A stretch of DNA of 64,000 nucleotides from an uncultured Candidatus Saccharibacteria bacterium (GCA_964456475.1 CAYVZI010000004.1:7604-71603), one strand, 5' to 3'. Numbered from the stretch's first letter, positions 21,119-30,505 are shown. The notes: generated by a model from the sequence alone, not told the origin. A program made the numbers and translations.

Positions 21119-21473
21119 GTCATACCGGACCCCGATCCGGTATCCATTCGCATGAATCATAATTCATACTATGTATATATACTTGCAAACAAAAAACGAG
21201 GCACGCTATACATAGGTGTAACAAATAATTTAAAACGTAGAATATACGAGCATAAAAACAAGCTTGCTGATGGATTCACAAAAATCCACAAAGTGAACAA
21301 CTTTGTACATTACGAAGAAACCAACGATGTTCGTTCAGCAATTACTCGAGAAAAACAATTAAAAAATTGGCAAAGAATTTGGAAGATAGATTTAATTGAG
21401 TCAACGAACCCTGAGTGGAAAGACTTGGAGTTATAAACGGCCCGCATGGATCCCGGATCGGAGTCCGGGATGA
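21119..21473. mobile_element. mini cassette: GIY-YIG nuclease gene bounded by 26-bp palindromic inverted repeats (gtcatMccggacYYSgatccggKatcc)
   Basis: Left copy 21119-21145 and right copy 21448-21473 are reverse complements (1-2 mismatches); a third solo copy lies at 56305-56330. Confidence 0.5.
21152..21436 (+). CDS. GIY-YIG nuclease family protein (small, UPF0213-like)
   Basis: YYVYILANKKRGTLYIGVTNNLKRRIYEH is a GIY-YIG core; 94 aa. Confidence 0.8.
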   Translation: MNHNSYYVYILANKKRGTLYIGVTNNLKRRIYEHKNKLADGFTKIHKVNNFVHYEETNDVRSAITREKQLKNWQRIWKIDLIESTNPEWKDLEL

Positions 21474-21572
21474 CAACATAGGGCAAAGTCCAGGATGACC
21501 ATTTTTATTTTTATATCATTCATTCCACTAAATTCACGTAATATTATCTGCTTCTAGTGCTATAATAATTTC

Positions 21573-22232
21573 ATGGCATTAAGTGCACAAGCAACTCAAG
21601 AATTTGTTCCCATCAAAGAGGTCCGAGAGGGGACTATTGTTTTGAAGGATGGTGGACTTCGAGCAATCGTAGCGGTATCTTCCGTAAACCTAGCCCTCAA
21701 ATCGAACGATGAACAAATTGCCACAATCAACCAGTTTCAATCGTTCCTCAACTCTGTTGATTTTCCTATTCAGATTGTTGTTCAGTCGCGCAGGCTCGAC
21801 ATTAGACCCTACCTCCTCATGCTTGAAGGCAAAATGAAAGACCAGCATGAACCACTCCTTAAACTCCAAACCGCAGGATACATAAGCTTCATCCGTGAAT
21901 TTACCGAGCAAGTTGCAATCATGCGTAAATATTTTTATGTAGTAATCCCATACGATGAAGCGATACTCTCCACAAAGAAAGGTTTCCTTGGGGGATTACT
22001 TGGAAACAACAAAACCAGCGGATCTCAAACAAAAGATGAGATTGCCGCATTTGAAGAAAAAAGAACTCAGCTCGACGAACGAGTAAACGTTATTTCTTCT
22101 GGACTTGGTTCATGTGGAGCACGTACAGAAAGACTACAAACAGAAGAGGTAATCGAATTATTTTATAAGACTTTCAACCCGGGAGATATTCAGCCCGTTA
22201 TTTCGCTTGGGGATATGCCCCAAGCGAAATAA
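21573..22232 (+). CDS. hypothetical soluble protein; possibly the detached N-terminal domain of a long Gram-positive-type VirB4
   Basis: 219 aa, no TM. The pattern REGTIVLKDGGLRAIVAVSSVNLALKSNDEQIATINQFQSFLNSVDFPIQIVVQS resembles, from memory, VirB4 N-terminal regions. Its stop codon sits inside a perfect 22-bp palindrome. Confidence 0.4.
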   Translation: MALSAQATQEFVPIKEVREGTIVLKDGGLRAIVAVSSVNLALKSNDEQIATINQFQSFLNSVDFPIQIVVQSRRLDIRPYLLMLEGKMKDQHEPLLKLQTAGYISFIREFTEQVAIMRKYFYVVIPYDEAILSTKKGFLGGLLGNNKTSGSQTKDEIAAFEEKRTQLDERVNVISSGLGSCGARTERLQTEEVIELFYKTFNPGDIQPVISLGDMPQAK

Positions 22233-22246
22233 CGGGCTGTTAATTA
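22199..22246. terminator. perfect 22-bp stem hairpin (cagcccgttatttcgcttgggg-atat-ccccaagcgaaataacgggctg) overlapping the stop of the 21573 ORF
   Basis: Read directly; no T-run follows, so function may be RNA processing rather than termination. Confidence 0.45.
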
Positions 22247-22301
22247 GGAATTACGAATTAAGAATTAGGAGTGCCGCCCAAACGCAATTTAATGCATAGC
22301 G

Positions 22302-22658
22302 ATGAAAGAAAACAATATAATACAACAGAAAAGCTATGCCTTTGCCTTAAAAATTATTGTTATATATCAACATCTAACAAGGGAACAAAAAGAATTCATT
22401 CTTTCAAAACAACTGATCCGATCTGGAACTTCTGTTGGTGCAAATGTGGAAGAGGCGATTGGAGCTCAATCAAAAAATGACTTTACTGCAAAAATGAGCA
22501 TTGCCTACAAAGAAGCTCGCGAAACCCTCTATTGGATTCGATTACTCACTGACGGTAAGTTCCTACAAGACCCTCAATCTGTTACACTATTAAAAGACTG
22601 CGACGAACTCTTGCGAATACTTGGTTCTATAATTGCGAGCAGTAAAATTCGTAAGTAA
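22302..22658 (+). CDS. four-helix-bundle protein (TIGR02436-like, Avd-related)
   Basis: LIRSGTSVGANVEEAIGAQSKNDFTAKMSIAYKEARETLYWIRLL family motifs; flanked by inverted repeats aattaggaatta (22233-22270) / taattcctaatt (22660-22712). Confidence 0.8.
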   Translation: MKENNIIQQKSYAFALKIIVIYQHLTREQKEFILSKQLIRSGTSVGANVEEAIGAQSKNDFTAKMSIAYKEARETLYWIRLLTDGKFLQDPQSVTLLKDCDELLRILGSIIASSKIRK

Positions 22659-22712
22659 TACTGTTTTCTCATTTTTAATTCCTAATTCCTAATTTTTAAT
22701 TTACTCTCATCT

Positions 22713-24551
22713 ATGGCACTCTTTGGATTATTCAACAAAAAAAAGGAGAATGGTGACAATTCTCGCATTCAGGCAAACGCCATGCCTATTTTTCCTGAGC
22801 AAATATATGAGGCGGCCTCACTCGAACTCAAAGACATCATTGCTCCCTCTGCACTCAAAATCGAACCTAAGTCTCTCAATCTCGGCGACAAAATTGCTCG
22901 CACCTATTTCGTCATTTCATATCCATCGATTCTCACTGACAACTGGCTCTCTCCAATCATCAACCTCGACAAAGTATTCGATATATCAATCACCATTCAC
23001 CCTGTCGAAACTGCTCAGATTCTTCGCACCTTCCAAAAGAAAGTAGCCGAAGTCCAGAGTCAGATAATGACCCGCGAAGCAAAGGGGATGGTGCGCGACC
23101 CAATGCTCGACATGGCAAACCGAAACCTGGAAGAACTTCGAGACCGTCTGACTCAAGCACAAGAAAAGATGTTTGATGTGGGACTCTACCTTACGATCTA
23201 CGCCGACAATGAGACCGAGCTCTTCAAAATCGAGAACGAAATCAAATCAATTCTCGAGGCGAAGCTCATCTACTTCAAGCCAGCCCTCTTCCAGCAAGAT
23301 GACGGATTCAAGAGCGTTATTCCGCTCGAAGACGACCATCTTCAAATCTATCAGAAACTCAACTCGGAACCGCTTTCGAGCTTCTTCCCGTTTGTATCAT
23401 TCGACCTCACCTCAGACAAAGGAATCCTCTACGGGGTGAATCGTCACAATTCCTCACTCATCATCTTCGACCGATTCAGTCTCGACAACTACAACTCAAT
23501 CATCTTCGCCACCTCTGGTGCCGGAAAATCATACGCGACAAAACTCGAAGTGATTCGCTGTCTCATGTTTGATACCGAAGTCATCGTAATCGACCCAGAA
23601 CGTGAATATGAACGCCTCGCAGAAGCTCTCGGTGGACGCTATTTCAATATCTCACTCAACTCTGGCTCACACATCAACCCATTCGACCTTCCACTTCCTG
23701 GTGAAGGGGAGACTGGAGCAGATATATTGCGCGGAAACGTGATCAATCTCGTTGGTCTTTTCCGCATCATGCTTGGAGGACTCTCTCCAGAAGAAGATGC
23801 GCTTGTTGATCGTGCAATTATGGAAACGTACGCCATCAAAGACATCACACCGGATTCTGATTTTTCACAAATTGAACCACCACTTCTTTCCGACTTCGAA
23901 ATGGTGCTTACCGGTATGGAGGGGACAGAATCAATCGTTTCCCGCCTTTCAAAATTCACTCACGGTTCATGGGCAGGATTCATCAACCAACCTTCAAACG
24001 TAGACATCAACAAAAAATTTGTAGTCTTCTCCGTGCGCGACATGGAAGACGACCTTAAGCCAGCAGCAATGTATATCGTGACCCACTTCATTTGGAACGA
24101 GGTTCGCAAAAACATCAAAAAACGTCTTTTGGTCGTGGATGAGGCATGGTGGATGATGAAATCAGACGATACGGCATCGTTCCTCTTCTCGATTGCCAAG
24201 CGTGGACGCAAATACTTCTTGGGACTCGCTACAATCACACAAGATGTGGGCGACTTCATGAAGAGTCCGTACGGAGTGCCAATCGTTACCAACTCATCAC
24301 TCCAACTCCTCCTGAAACAATCACCATCGACAGTAGATGTGCTTCAAAAGACGTTCAACCTCACTGATGAAGAAAAATATCTCTTGCTCGAGTGTAACAA
24401 GGGGGAGGGGATCTTCTTTGCCGGACTCAAACACGTGGCAATCAAGATTATTTCTTCATACACTGAAGACCAGCTCATCACGAGCGATCCTTCACAAATT
24501 CTCGCCCTCCAAAAATCTCGTACAGCTCTCACCGAGGCAGTAAAAAGCTAG
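22713..24551 (+). CDS. virB4: VirB4-family ATPase of a Gram-positive-type T4SS (TraE/PrgJ-like)
   Basis: N-terminal LKDIIAPSALKIEPKSLNLGDKIARTYFVISYP (VirB4-family signature), Walker A ATSGAGKSYATK, Walker B LLVVDEAWWMM, 612 aa. Confidence 0.85.
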   Translation: MALFGLFNKKKENGDNSRIQANAMPIFPEQIYEAASLELKDIIAPSALKIEPKSLNLGDKIARTYFVISYPSILTDNWLSPIINLDKVFDISITIHPVETAQILRTFQKKVAEVQSQIMTREAKGMVRDPMLDMANRNLEELRDRLTQAQEKMFDVGLYLTIYADNETELFKIENEIKSILEAKLIYFKPALFQQDDGFKSVIPLEDDHLQIYQKLNSEPLSSFFPFVSFDLTSDKGILYGVNRHNSSLIIFDRFSLDNYNSIIFATSGAGKSYATKLEVIRCLMFDTEVIVIDPEREYERLAEALGGRYFNISLNSGSHINPFDLPLPGEGETGADILRGNVINLVGLFRIMLGGLSPEEDALVDRAIMETYAIKDITPDSDFSQIEPPLLSDFEMVLTGMEGTESIVSRLSKFTHGSWAGFINQPSNVDINKKFVVFSVRDMEDDLKPAAMYIVTHFIWNEVRKNIKKRLLVVDEAWWMMKSDDTASFLFSIAKRGRKYFLGLATITQDVGDFMKSPYGVPIVTNSSLQLLLKQSPSTVDVLQKTFNLTDEEKYLLLECNKGEGIFFAGLKHVAIKIISSYTEDQLITSDPSQILALQKSRTALTEAVKS

Positions 24552-24595
24552 GGCTCCCTCTCCTTATTGAGAAGTATACATTCGTATTTCAGTTC

Positions 24596-25606
24596 ATGCT
24601 GTTATATAATAACTGTATGTTTCGCAAAGGATTACTACTGATTGTCTCTATCATATTTTTTTCGCTTCCATTCTCTGGAACTCTTTTTGCGCAGACTGCG
24701 GGGCAAATTTCTGTTGATATAATTCCTCAAAATCCAGGTCCGGATGAGACTGTTACCATCTATTTAAAAAGCTACTCTTTCAATATAAATACAGCATATA
24801 TTGAATGGTCTGCGGATGGCATTATGCAAAAAGGCGGAGTAGGAGTTACCTCATTCAAAGTTACAACAAAAAAACTGGGGGACACCACACAAGTCGCAGC
24901 AAAAATCACGCCAACAGGGTCAATTCCAATTATAAAAAATATCTCCATCACTCCAATGTCAGTAGATATACTCTGGCAAGCTACGGATTCGATCGTTCCA
25001 CCATTCTATAAAGGCAAGGCGATGCCTACATCAGAATCAAAAATCAAACTTGTGGCTCTTCCTCAAATCGTATCGGTATCAGGAAACCGCGTAGCACCTG
25101 AGGTTCTTGTATACAACTGGAAAGAAGAATATCAAAACAAACAAGCGAGTTCTGGATATGGAAAAAATTTTTTCTTTACAGAAATGGATTATTTGAATAC
25201 TCAAAAAAATGTCTCTGTTGATGTCTCTTCTCGAGATGGAGGTATTGCTACTAGAGGTTTTGTTGATGTTTCTTCAGTAGACCCAGAATTACGTCTGTAC
25301 GCTTCGAGCCCACTCTACGGACCGCTTACCGATACAGAACTCACTGATTCATTCACTGTATCGACTAGCGATATATCAATCGTTGCAATGCCATACTTCT
25401 TTTCACCAGGTAATCCATCCTCGTCACTTCTTGAATACAAGTGGCAATTGAATGGTTCACCAATTGGCACACCTGCCATTCCAAACGCGCTCTTTCTCCA
25501 TCGTGAATCAAATTCGACAGGGAACGCCACGCTTGAACTTGTCGTCACAAACATTACCAAGCTGTTCCAGTCCGGAACCGCACGTTTGAACCTAACCCTT
25601 CAATAG
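24596..25606 (+). CDS. secreted hypothetical protein
   Basis: Signal peptide LLLIVSIIFFSLPFSGTLFAQTA; 336 aa. Confidence 0.45.
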   Translation: MLLYNNCMFRKGLLLIVSIIFFSLPFSGTLFAQTAGQISVDIIPQNPGPDETVTIYLKSYSFNINTAYIEWSADGIMQKGGVGVTSFKVTTKKLGDTTQVAAKITPTGSIPIIKNISITPMSVDILWQATDSIVPPFYKGKAMPTSESKIKLVALPQIVSVSGNRVAPEVLVYNWKEEYQNKQASSGYGKNFFFTEMDYLNTQKNVSVDVSSRDGGIATRGFVDVSSVDPELRLYASSPLYGPLTDTELTDSFTVSTSDISIVAMPYFFSPGNPSSSLLEYKWQLNGSPIGTPAIPNALFLHRESNSTGNATLELVVTNITKLFQSGTARLNLTLQ

Positions 25607-25607
25607 T

Positions 25608-27395
25608 ATGAAGAAAAAAATATTTTCCTCGCTAGTGTGTGCACTATTGTTTTTTACAGGAGCATCTTTAGCAAAAGCTGAACTAACAGATATCAAAGGT
25701 GTTGTATCAGATCCAAAAATTACAATTTCAAGAATTGACGGGCAAATTATAGCAACCATTACAGGAACGCTCGATAGCAAAGGTGTCAAACTATACAACG
25801 ATACAAATGTATTAAGACCAATATACGCCCTTTATCAAAAACGTGATGTCAATACAAAAAACAGTGCTTGGAGTGACCGGGATGAGGCTGTTAGAGATCC
25901 AATAAGATGCAATCTTGACCCAGATACGCCACCAGAAGAAATTGGTGGATTGTCTTTTATTTGTACTGTTCCGAACTTAACCTATGGAACATACGTTTTT
26001 GACGTTGGTATTCTGTTTTCTTCTTTTAGCGATAGCTACAGTGTGCTAAATAATAATTTTATTATTGAAAACGTCACTGATGTTCCTTACAAGAGCGGTG
26101 TTGATGCGTCTGTTTCTATTACCCCAAACACCGACAGCTCGGTCAGTGTTACTGGATATTTAAATACCCCAGCCAAAGAAAGTTCAAAGGCTCTGAACAT
26201 AATCTATGGTGAAGTTTTTACATTTGACATACCGAACCAAAAAAGAACTCAAATCAAGGGTTATCAAGCTGACGTTTTGACAAAAGAGCCTGTGGTTGTT
26301 CATAAATCAGAAAATCCTCCTTCGTATAATGCAATTTTTACACCACCAGGTCCTGGAACTTATGTTTTGGCTGTTGTTGATAGCTCGGGTGCGCTTCTGA
26401 GCTCGTATAAGCAATTTACAGTTGTTGGAACGGGTATAAACCCAGATTCAGACAATGGTATCGGTCCAAATGCACTTGGCTGTGTCAACGAGAAAGACAA
26501 CAAGAGTTACTGTCTCCTCGCCCCACTGCCTGGAGTAGGGGACACTACGGGCAAGCTCGATGTAAGCACCGGAATTGGAAATTATTTCAACATGATTATC
26601 AAACTCGTCATGGGTATCATTGGTGTACTTGCCGTACTTATGGTGGTTGTGGGAGGTATTGAATACATGTCTACCGTCAACCTTGGCGAAAAGGAAGGTG
26701 CTCGCGCCCGAATTACCAGCGCTATTCTCGGTCTTCTCCTAGCTCTTGGTGCATTTCTCATCCTAAAAACAATCAATCCCGACCTCGTGAATGTAAATAT
26801 TGGAGTGCCAAAGGGGGTCATTGTGGAAGGAGACCCCGGAGATGATATTGACGAATCTGATGCGAAGATAGCAAACAGTGGTGCGATAACTCCCGGCGTG
26901 GTTGTCCCGACTGGAACAGCTCAGGAACTAGCAAAACAAATTCTCAATAGTTCAAAAATTACCTTGGCAACAGAATCTTGGAATGGCGGACCATCCGCAA
27001 CAGCAAGACAAAATATTTTAGACACAATCAACGGTCAAGGTGCGGTAACGAGTACAAGGGGATCAAAAGGTGGTGCTCGCGTGCCTCTCCAAACAAGTGT
27101 ACTTGCTGGAGCAATTGCTGTCTCAAACGTAACCCCGATTCAAATAAATGCATTTGTAAACGGAAGACATGATTCTTCGTTGTCTCGGCATTACATTGGA
27201 GCGGCGATGGACATTCAATCTGCGCCATCAGAGATACAGCGCACAAAGACAATTCTCGGTGCTTGTAAAGCAGCAGGAGCGACTGAATTTTTGGGACCAT
27301 GCAACAACAACCTTTCAAAAAAAATATGTGACGCAACCGGCTTTCCCACAAACAGTGGGCATCAAACTCACATACACTGTGGTTGGCCACGTTAA
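25608..27395 (+). CDS. T4SS-associated envelope protein: N-terminal secreted domain, internal VirB2/TrbC-like two-helix membrane hairpin, C-terminal M15 (LAS) metallopeptidase domain
   Basis: Signal peptide; VirB2-like MIIKLVMGIIGVLAVLMVVVGGIEYMSTVNLGEKEGARARITSAILGLLLALGAFLIL; M15 zinc motifs SRHYIGAAMD (SxHxxGxAxD) and HIH (HxH) near the C-terminus. Confidence 0.5.
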   Translation: MKKKIFSSLVCALLFFTGASLAKAELTDIKGVVSDPKITISRIDGQIIATITGTLDSKGVKLYNDTNVLRPIYALYQKRDVNTKNSAWSDRDEAVRDPIRCNLDPDTPPEEIGGLSFICTVPNLTYGTYVFDVGILFSSFSDSYSVLNNNFIIENVTDVPYKSGVDASVSITPNTDSSVSVTGYLNTPAKESSKALNIIYGEVFTFDIPNQKRTQIKGYQADVLTKEPVVVHKSENPPSYNAIFTPPGPGTYVLAVVDSSGALLSSYKQFTVVGTGINPDSDNGIGPNALGCVNEKDNKSYCLLAPLPGVGDTTGKLDVSTGIGNYFNMIIKLVMGIIGVLAVLMVVVGGIEYMSTVNLGEKEGARARITSAILGLLLALGAFLILKTINPDLVNVNIGVPKGVIVEGDPGDDIDESDAKIANSGAITPGVVVPTGTAQELAKQILNSSKITLATESWNGGPSATARQNILDTINGQGAVTSTRGSKGGARVPLQTSVLAGAIAVSNVTPIQINAFVNGRHDSSLSRHYIGAAMDIQSAPSEIQRTKTILGACKAAGATEFLGPCNNNLSKKICDATGFPTNSGHQTHIHCGWPR

Positions 27396-27452
27396 AAAAC
27401 AGAAATCCCAGACTTTCAACTTTGAGCTTTCTCCTTTATACTTAGCCTATAG

Positions 27453-29123
27453 ATGTCCCGCGGAAAACTTCTCATCATCATTGCAGTCGTAATACTCGTC
27501 ATTGGCGGGTGGATGTTTTTGTCTTCCAAAAAATCTAATACTGTAGATTCTGACGGTACCCAAAAAAGTCTTTTGAGTACATTGTTTCCTTTTGGAAAGA
27601 ACTCTACAATCGACAATCCAACGCAGAACACTGATGGAGGGGATAACGGCAACAGCGACCAATCATCAACTCCAAATGCTCAAAAATACTTAACCCAAAT
27701 AACAAGCATCGCAACAGCAGGATACACAACCCTTCCAACTGACACCAGGCCAATAGTACAACACGACGTGTCTGGTGAAGTAAGCACTGAGGTAATTCAA
27801 ACGATATTACCAGGCGTACGCTTTGCAGAACGTGGCACTGGATACTTATACGATACCGATGTAAAAGGTCAGAACCTAAAAAAGGTTTCGGGGACAATTA
27901 TTGCAAGAACAGCAGAAGCACTTTTTGCCGACAACGGAGCGACTGCTATTTTGCGATACATAAAGACTGACAACACAACGATTGCAACATTTTTGGGTAA
28001 ATATACTCCGTCAAAAAACACACTAGAGGCTGGGTCACTTACTGGGGCATTTCTTCCCGAAAAGATTTCGACTATTCTCGTTTCTGCAGACCAAAAGAGC
28101 CTCTTGTATCTACTTCCTACTCCAAATGGCTCAGCTGCAATATCAATCAAAACAGACGGAACCGGCAGAAAACAACTCTGGAGTAGTGCCTTTAGCGAAT
28201 GGATTCTCGACTGGGCAAACAAATCTATTCTCGCAACAACCAAAGCAAGTGGTTCCGTCCCAGGATACGCCTATACCATCGATACGGCTGGCACCTTTCA
28301 AAAAATAATCGGGGGTGTCGATGGACTCACAACAAAATCGAGTCCTAATGGAAAATATATTCTGTATAGTGTCTCAGGTGGTGATGGTTTGAGTCTTCGT
28401 ATTCATCGCACAAGCGAAGGAACGTCAATAAACACAGGACTACAAACCCTTCCCGAAAAATGTGTCTGGGGAACAGAGTCTTCGTATTTCTACTGTGCTG
28501 CTGGACAAACAATCCCAAAAGGGGAGTATCCTGATGATTGGTACAAAGGGGCTGTCCATTTTAATGACAGCTTCTGGAAAGTGCAGGCTGAAAACGGTAC
28601 AACCGAACAAGTAAATGATGGTGAAGGAAACTATCTTGATGCTACCAATCTGTCATTCGATCAAACAGGAAAATATCTTGTGTTCATCAACAAAAAAGAT
28701 ACTTCTCTCTGGTCTCTGGATACCAACCCAAACAAAGTACAGTCTAACACTTCAAAAAACGCTCCTAGTTTTAATACAACTAAAAACGAAATTGTGATAA
28801 ATGGAGATACGACTGAAACCAATAACTGTGGAAGTATTGGTTGTTTTCAAGAGAATTTCAAGTCTTGTACTCCAGCAAATAATACAGCCGATATGTCACC
28901 ATTAGGAACTTTTTCCTCTACTATAATAGGAAAAGTGACGGGAGGTTGCAGTGTTAAATTTGTGTATACCAAAAACATCAATCCTACATGGGTAAATCAA
29001 CCAATGACCTGCACCTTGGATAACACAAAGGATTTTGAGGCCGTAGAAAAAAAGGTTTTGAGCGATACAGTACAGGGGACAAGCAATTGTACTGGCCCCT
29101 TGGCTTCGCTTCTTAGACAATAG
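27453..29123 (+). CDS. membrane-anchored beta-propeller-like protein (TolB-like repeats), hypothetical
   Basis: N-terminal TM LLIIIAVVILVIGGWMFL; repeated SPNGKYILYS / DQTGKYLVFI motifs. Confidence 0.45.
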   Translation: MSRGKLLIIIAVVILVIGGWMFLSSKKSNTVDSDGTQKSLLSTLFPFGKNSTIDNPTQNTDGGDNGNSDQSSTPNAQKYLTQITSIATAGYTTLPTDTRPIVQHDVSGEVSTEVIQTILPGVRFAERGTGYLYDTDVKGQNLKKVSGTIIARTAEALFADNGATAILRYIKTDNTTIATFLGKYTPSKNTLEAGSLTGAFLPEKISTILVSADQKSLLYLLPTPNGSAAISIKTDGTGRKQLWSSAFSEWILDWANKSILATTKASGSVPGYAYTIDTAGTFQKIIGGVDGLTTKSSPNGKYILYSVSGGDGLSLRIHRTSEGTSINTGLQTLPEKCVWGTESSYFYCAAGQTIPKGEYPDDWYKGAVHFNDSFWKVQAENGTTEQVNDGEGNYLDATNLSFDQTGKYLVFINKKDTSLWSLDTNPNKVQSNTSKNAPSFNTTKNEIVINGDTTETNNCGSIGCFQENFKSCTPANNTADMSPLGTFSSTIIGKVTGGCSVKFVYTKNINPTWVNQPMTCTLDNTKDFEAVEKKVLSDTVQGTSNCTGPLASLLRQ

Positions 29124-29145
29124 GAGAAATCCTAAAACACGCAGC

Positions 29146-29178
29146 ATGATACCCGAATCGCTTTGCGGTTCGGGTATC
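29146..29178. terminator. bidirectional terminator hairpin (gatacccgaa-loop-ttcgggtatc) between convergent genes
   Basis: 10-bp perfect inverted repeat between the + strand gene ending 29123 and jag (-) ending 29193. Confidence 0.5.
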
Positions 29179-29192
29179 TCTAATAGTATCTA

Positions 29193-29702
29193 TTATATTT
29201 TTTCTGACTCTTTAAATCGAATCACAATATGGCGTTTTGGTCCGTCTCCTTGTGATTCTGTACATACATCAGGTATATCTTGGAGAAACTCGTGTACAAT
29301 CTTGCGATCGCGCGGGGACATTGGTTCAAGTTCAACACTCGATTTAAAATAGCGAGCTCGTTCTGCCATCATGTGAGCTACGGTTCGAAGACTTTCTATT
29401 TTTTTCTTTTCAAAATTATTGGCATCAATAACTATACGTGGGTATGCAGTATCTTCTTTTGACAATTGCTCAACGATTCGAGAAGAGAGATGGTTGAGTG
29501 CTGAGAGGGCTTCGGCATCACGTGCAAAAAGAAGGCGGGTGTGGGGAGAGGTGATAGAAAACCAAATAGTGTTTGATTTTTCATCAAACGAGATAGTGAC
29601 GTCTTGCTCGGTAAAACCAAAATGTTCAAGGAGTCCGCTTATATTTTTGTGTATCTCTGTATGATTCATATTAGGGGTTTCGGTTTGAAATTTGGCTCTC
29701 AC
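29193..29702 (-). CDS. jag: Jag/KhpB-like KH + R3H RNA-binding protein (SpoIIIJ-associated)
   Basis: Position immediately downstream of yidC plus R3H-like C-terminus (RDRKIVHEFLQ). Confidence 0.7.
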   Translation of the reverse strand: MRAKFQTETPNMNHTEIHKNISGLLEHFGFTEQDVTISFDEKSNTIWFSITSPHTRLLFARDAEALSALNHLSSRIVEQLSKEDTAYPRIVIDANNFEKKKIESLRTVAHMMAERARYFKSSVELEPMSPRDRKIVHEFLQDIPDVCTESQGDGPKRHIVIRFKESEKI

Positions 29703-29720
29703 GGTTTAAGACTTTGCAGT

Positions 29721-30449
29721 TTATGCTTCCTTTTCAACCTTAAACTTACGCTTTGTATACAATTCCTGGCCGATAGTAAAGATATTACTCGTAATCCAAT
29801 AAAGCGCAACAGCTGATGGGAAGAGGAAATACGAGAGTCCAGCGGTCATAATAGGAAGCCCATAAAGCATTTGGAGCTGCATATTACGAGCGAATTGCGC
29901 CTGCATACCATCACCAGTAGGTTTTGATTGGCGACCTTGCATGAGCTTTGCTTGAACGAACTGTGTTCCGCCGACCAATAGAGCAAAAATAATACTGTGT
30001 TTTGCTGAAAGATCTATGAGTCCGAGGAAGTTTAGATTGATAGATGCTGGTTGTTGTGCAAAAGAGTAGAGCGCCGCTGGCGTAATATCCCCAAGAACGC
30101 CCAAAAATGCGCGATAGAGAGCGATAAGTACCACAGCTTGAACAAGGAGGGGAAGACAACTTGAGAATGGGCTGATGTTCTTTTCTTTGTAGAGAGCAAA
30201 AATTTGTTTGTTTTGTTCAACCTTATCTGTAACACGCTGTTTGATTGCATCCACCTCTCCTTGCACACTATTCATCTTAATTTGACCCTCAATAGCCTTT
30301 TGGTTGAGGGGGAATAGAATCAATTTAATGATAATCGTGATAATAATGACAACGAGCCCAAAATCTCCGTTTGGCAAAAAGGCAATACCTACAATAAGTG
30401 CATTATAAAATGGCTGGTAAAAAACTGCGTTCCAAAAAGTTGATAACAT
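29721..30449 (-). CDS. yidC: membrane protein insertase YidC (short, Gram-positive/Oxa1-like form)
   Basis: 5 TM helices, conserved NQKAIEGQIKMNSVQGEVDAIKQR loop and C-terminal Lys-rich tail, in the rpmH-rnpA-yidD-yidC operon. Confidence 0.85.
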   Translation of the reverse strand: MLSTFWNAVFYQPFYNALIVGIAFLPNGDFGLVVIIITIIIKLILFPLNQKAIEGQIKMNSVQGEVDAIKQRVTDKVEQNKQIFALYKEKNISPFSSCLPLLVQAVVLIALYRAFLGVLGDITPAALYSFAQQPASINLNFLGLIDLSAKHSIIFALLVGGTQFVQAKLMQGRQSKPTGDGMQAQFARNMQLQMLYGLPIMTAGLSYFLFPSAVALYWITSNIFTIGQELYTKRKFKVEKEA

Positions 30450-30505
30450 AAGGACAGTATAGCACGATACCCCTGGAGCATTAAACCAAAAGATGGGTTT
30501 TGCTT

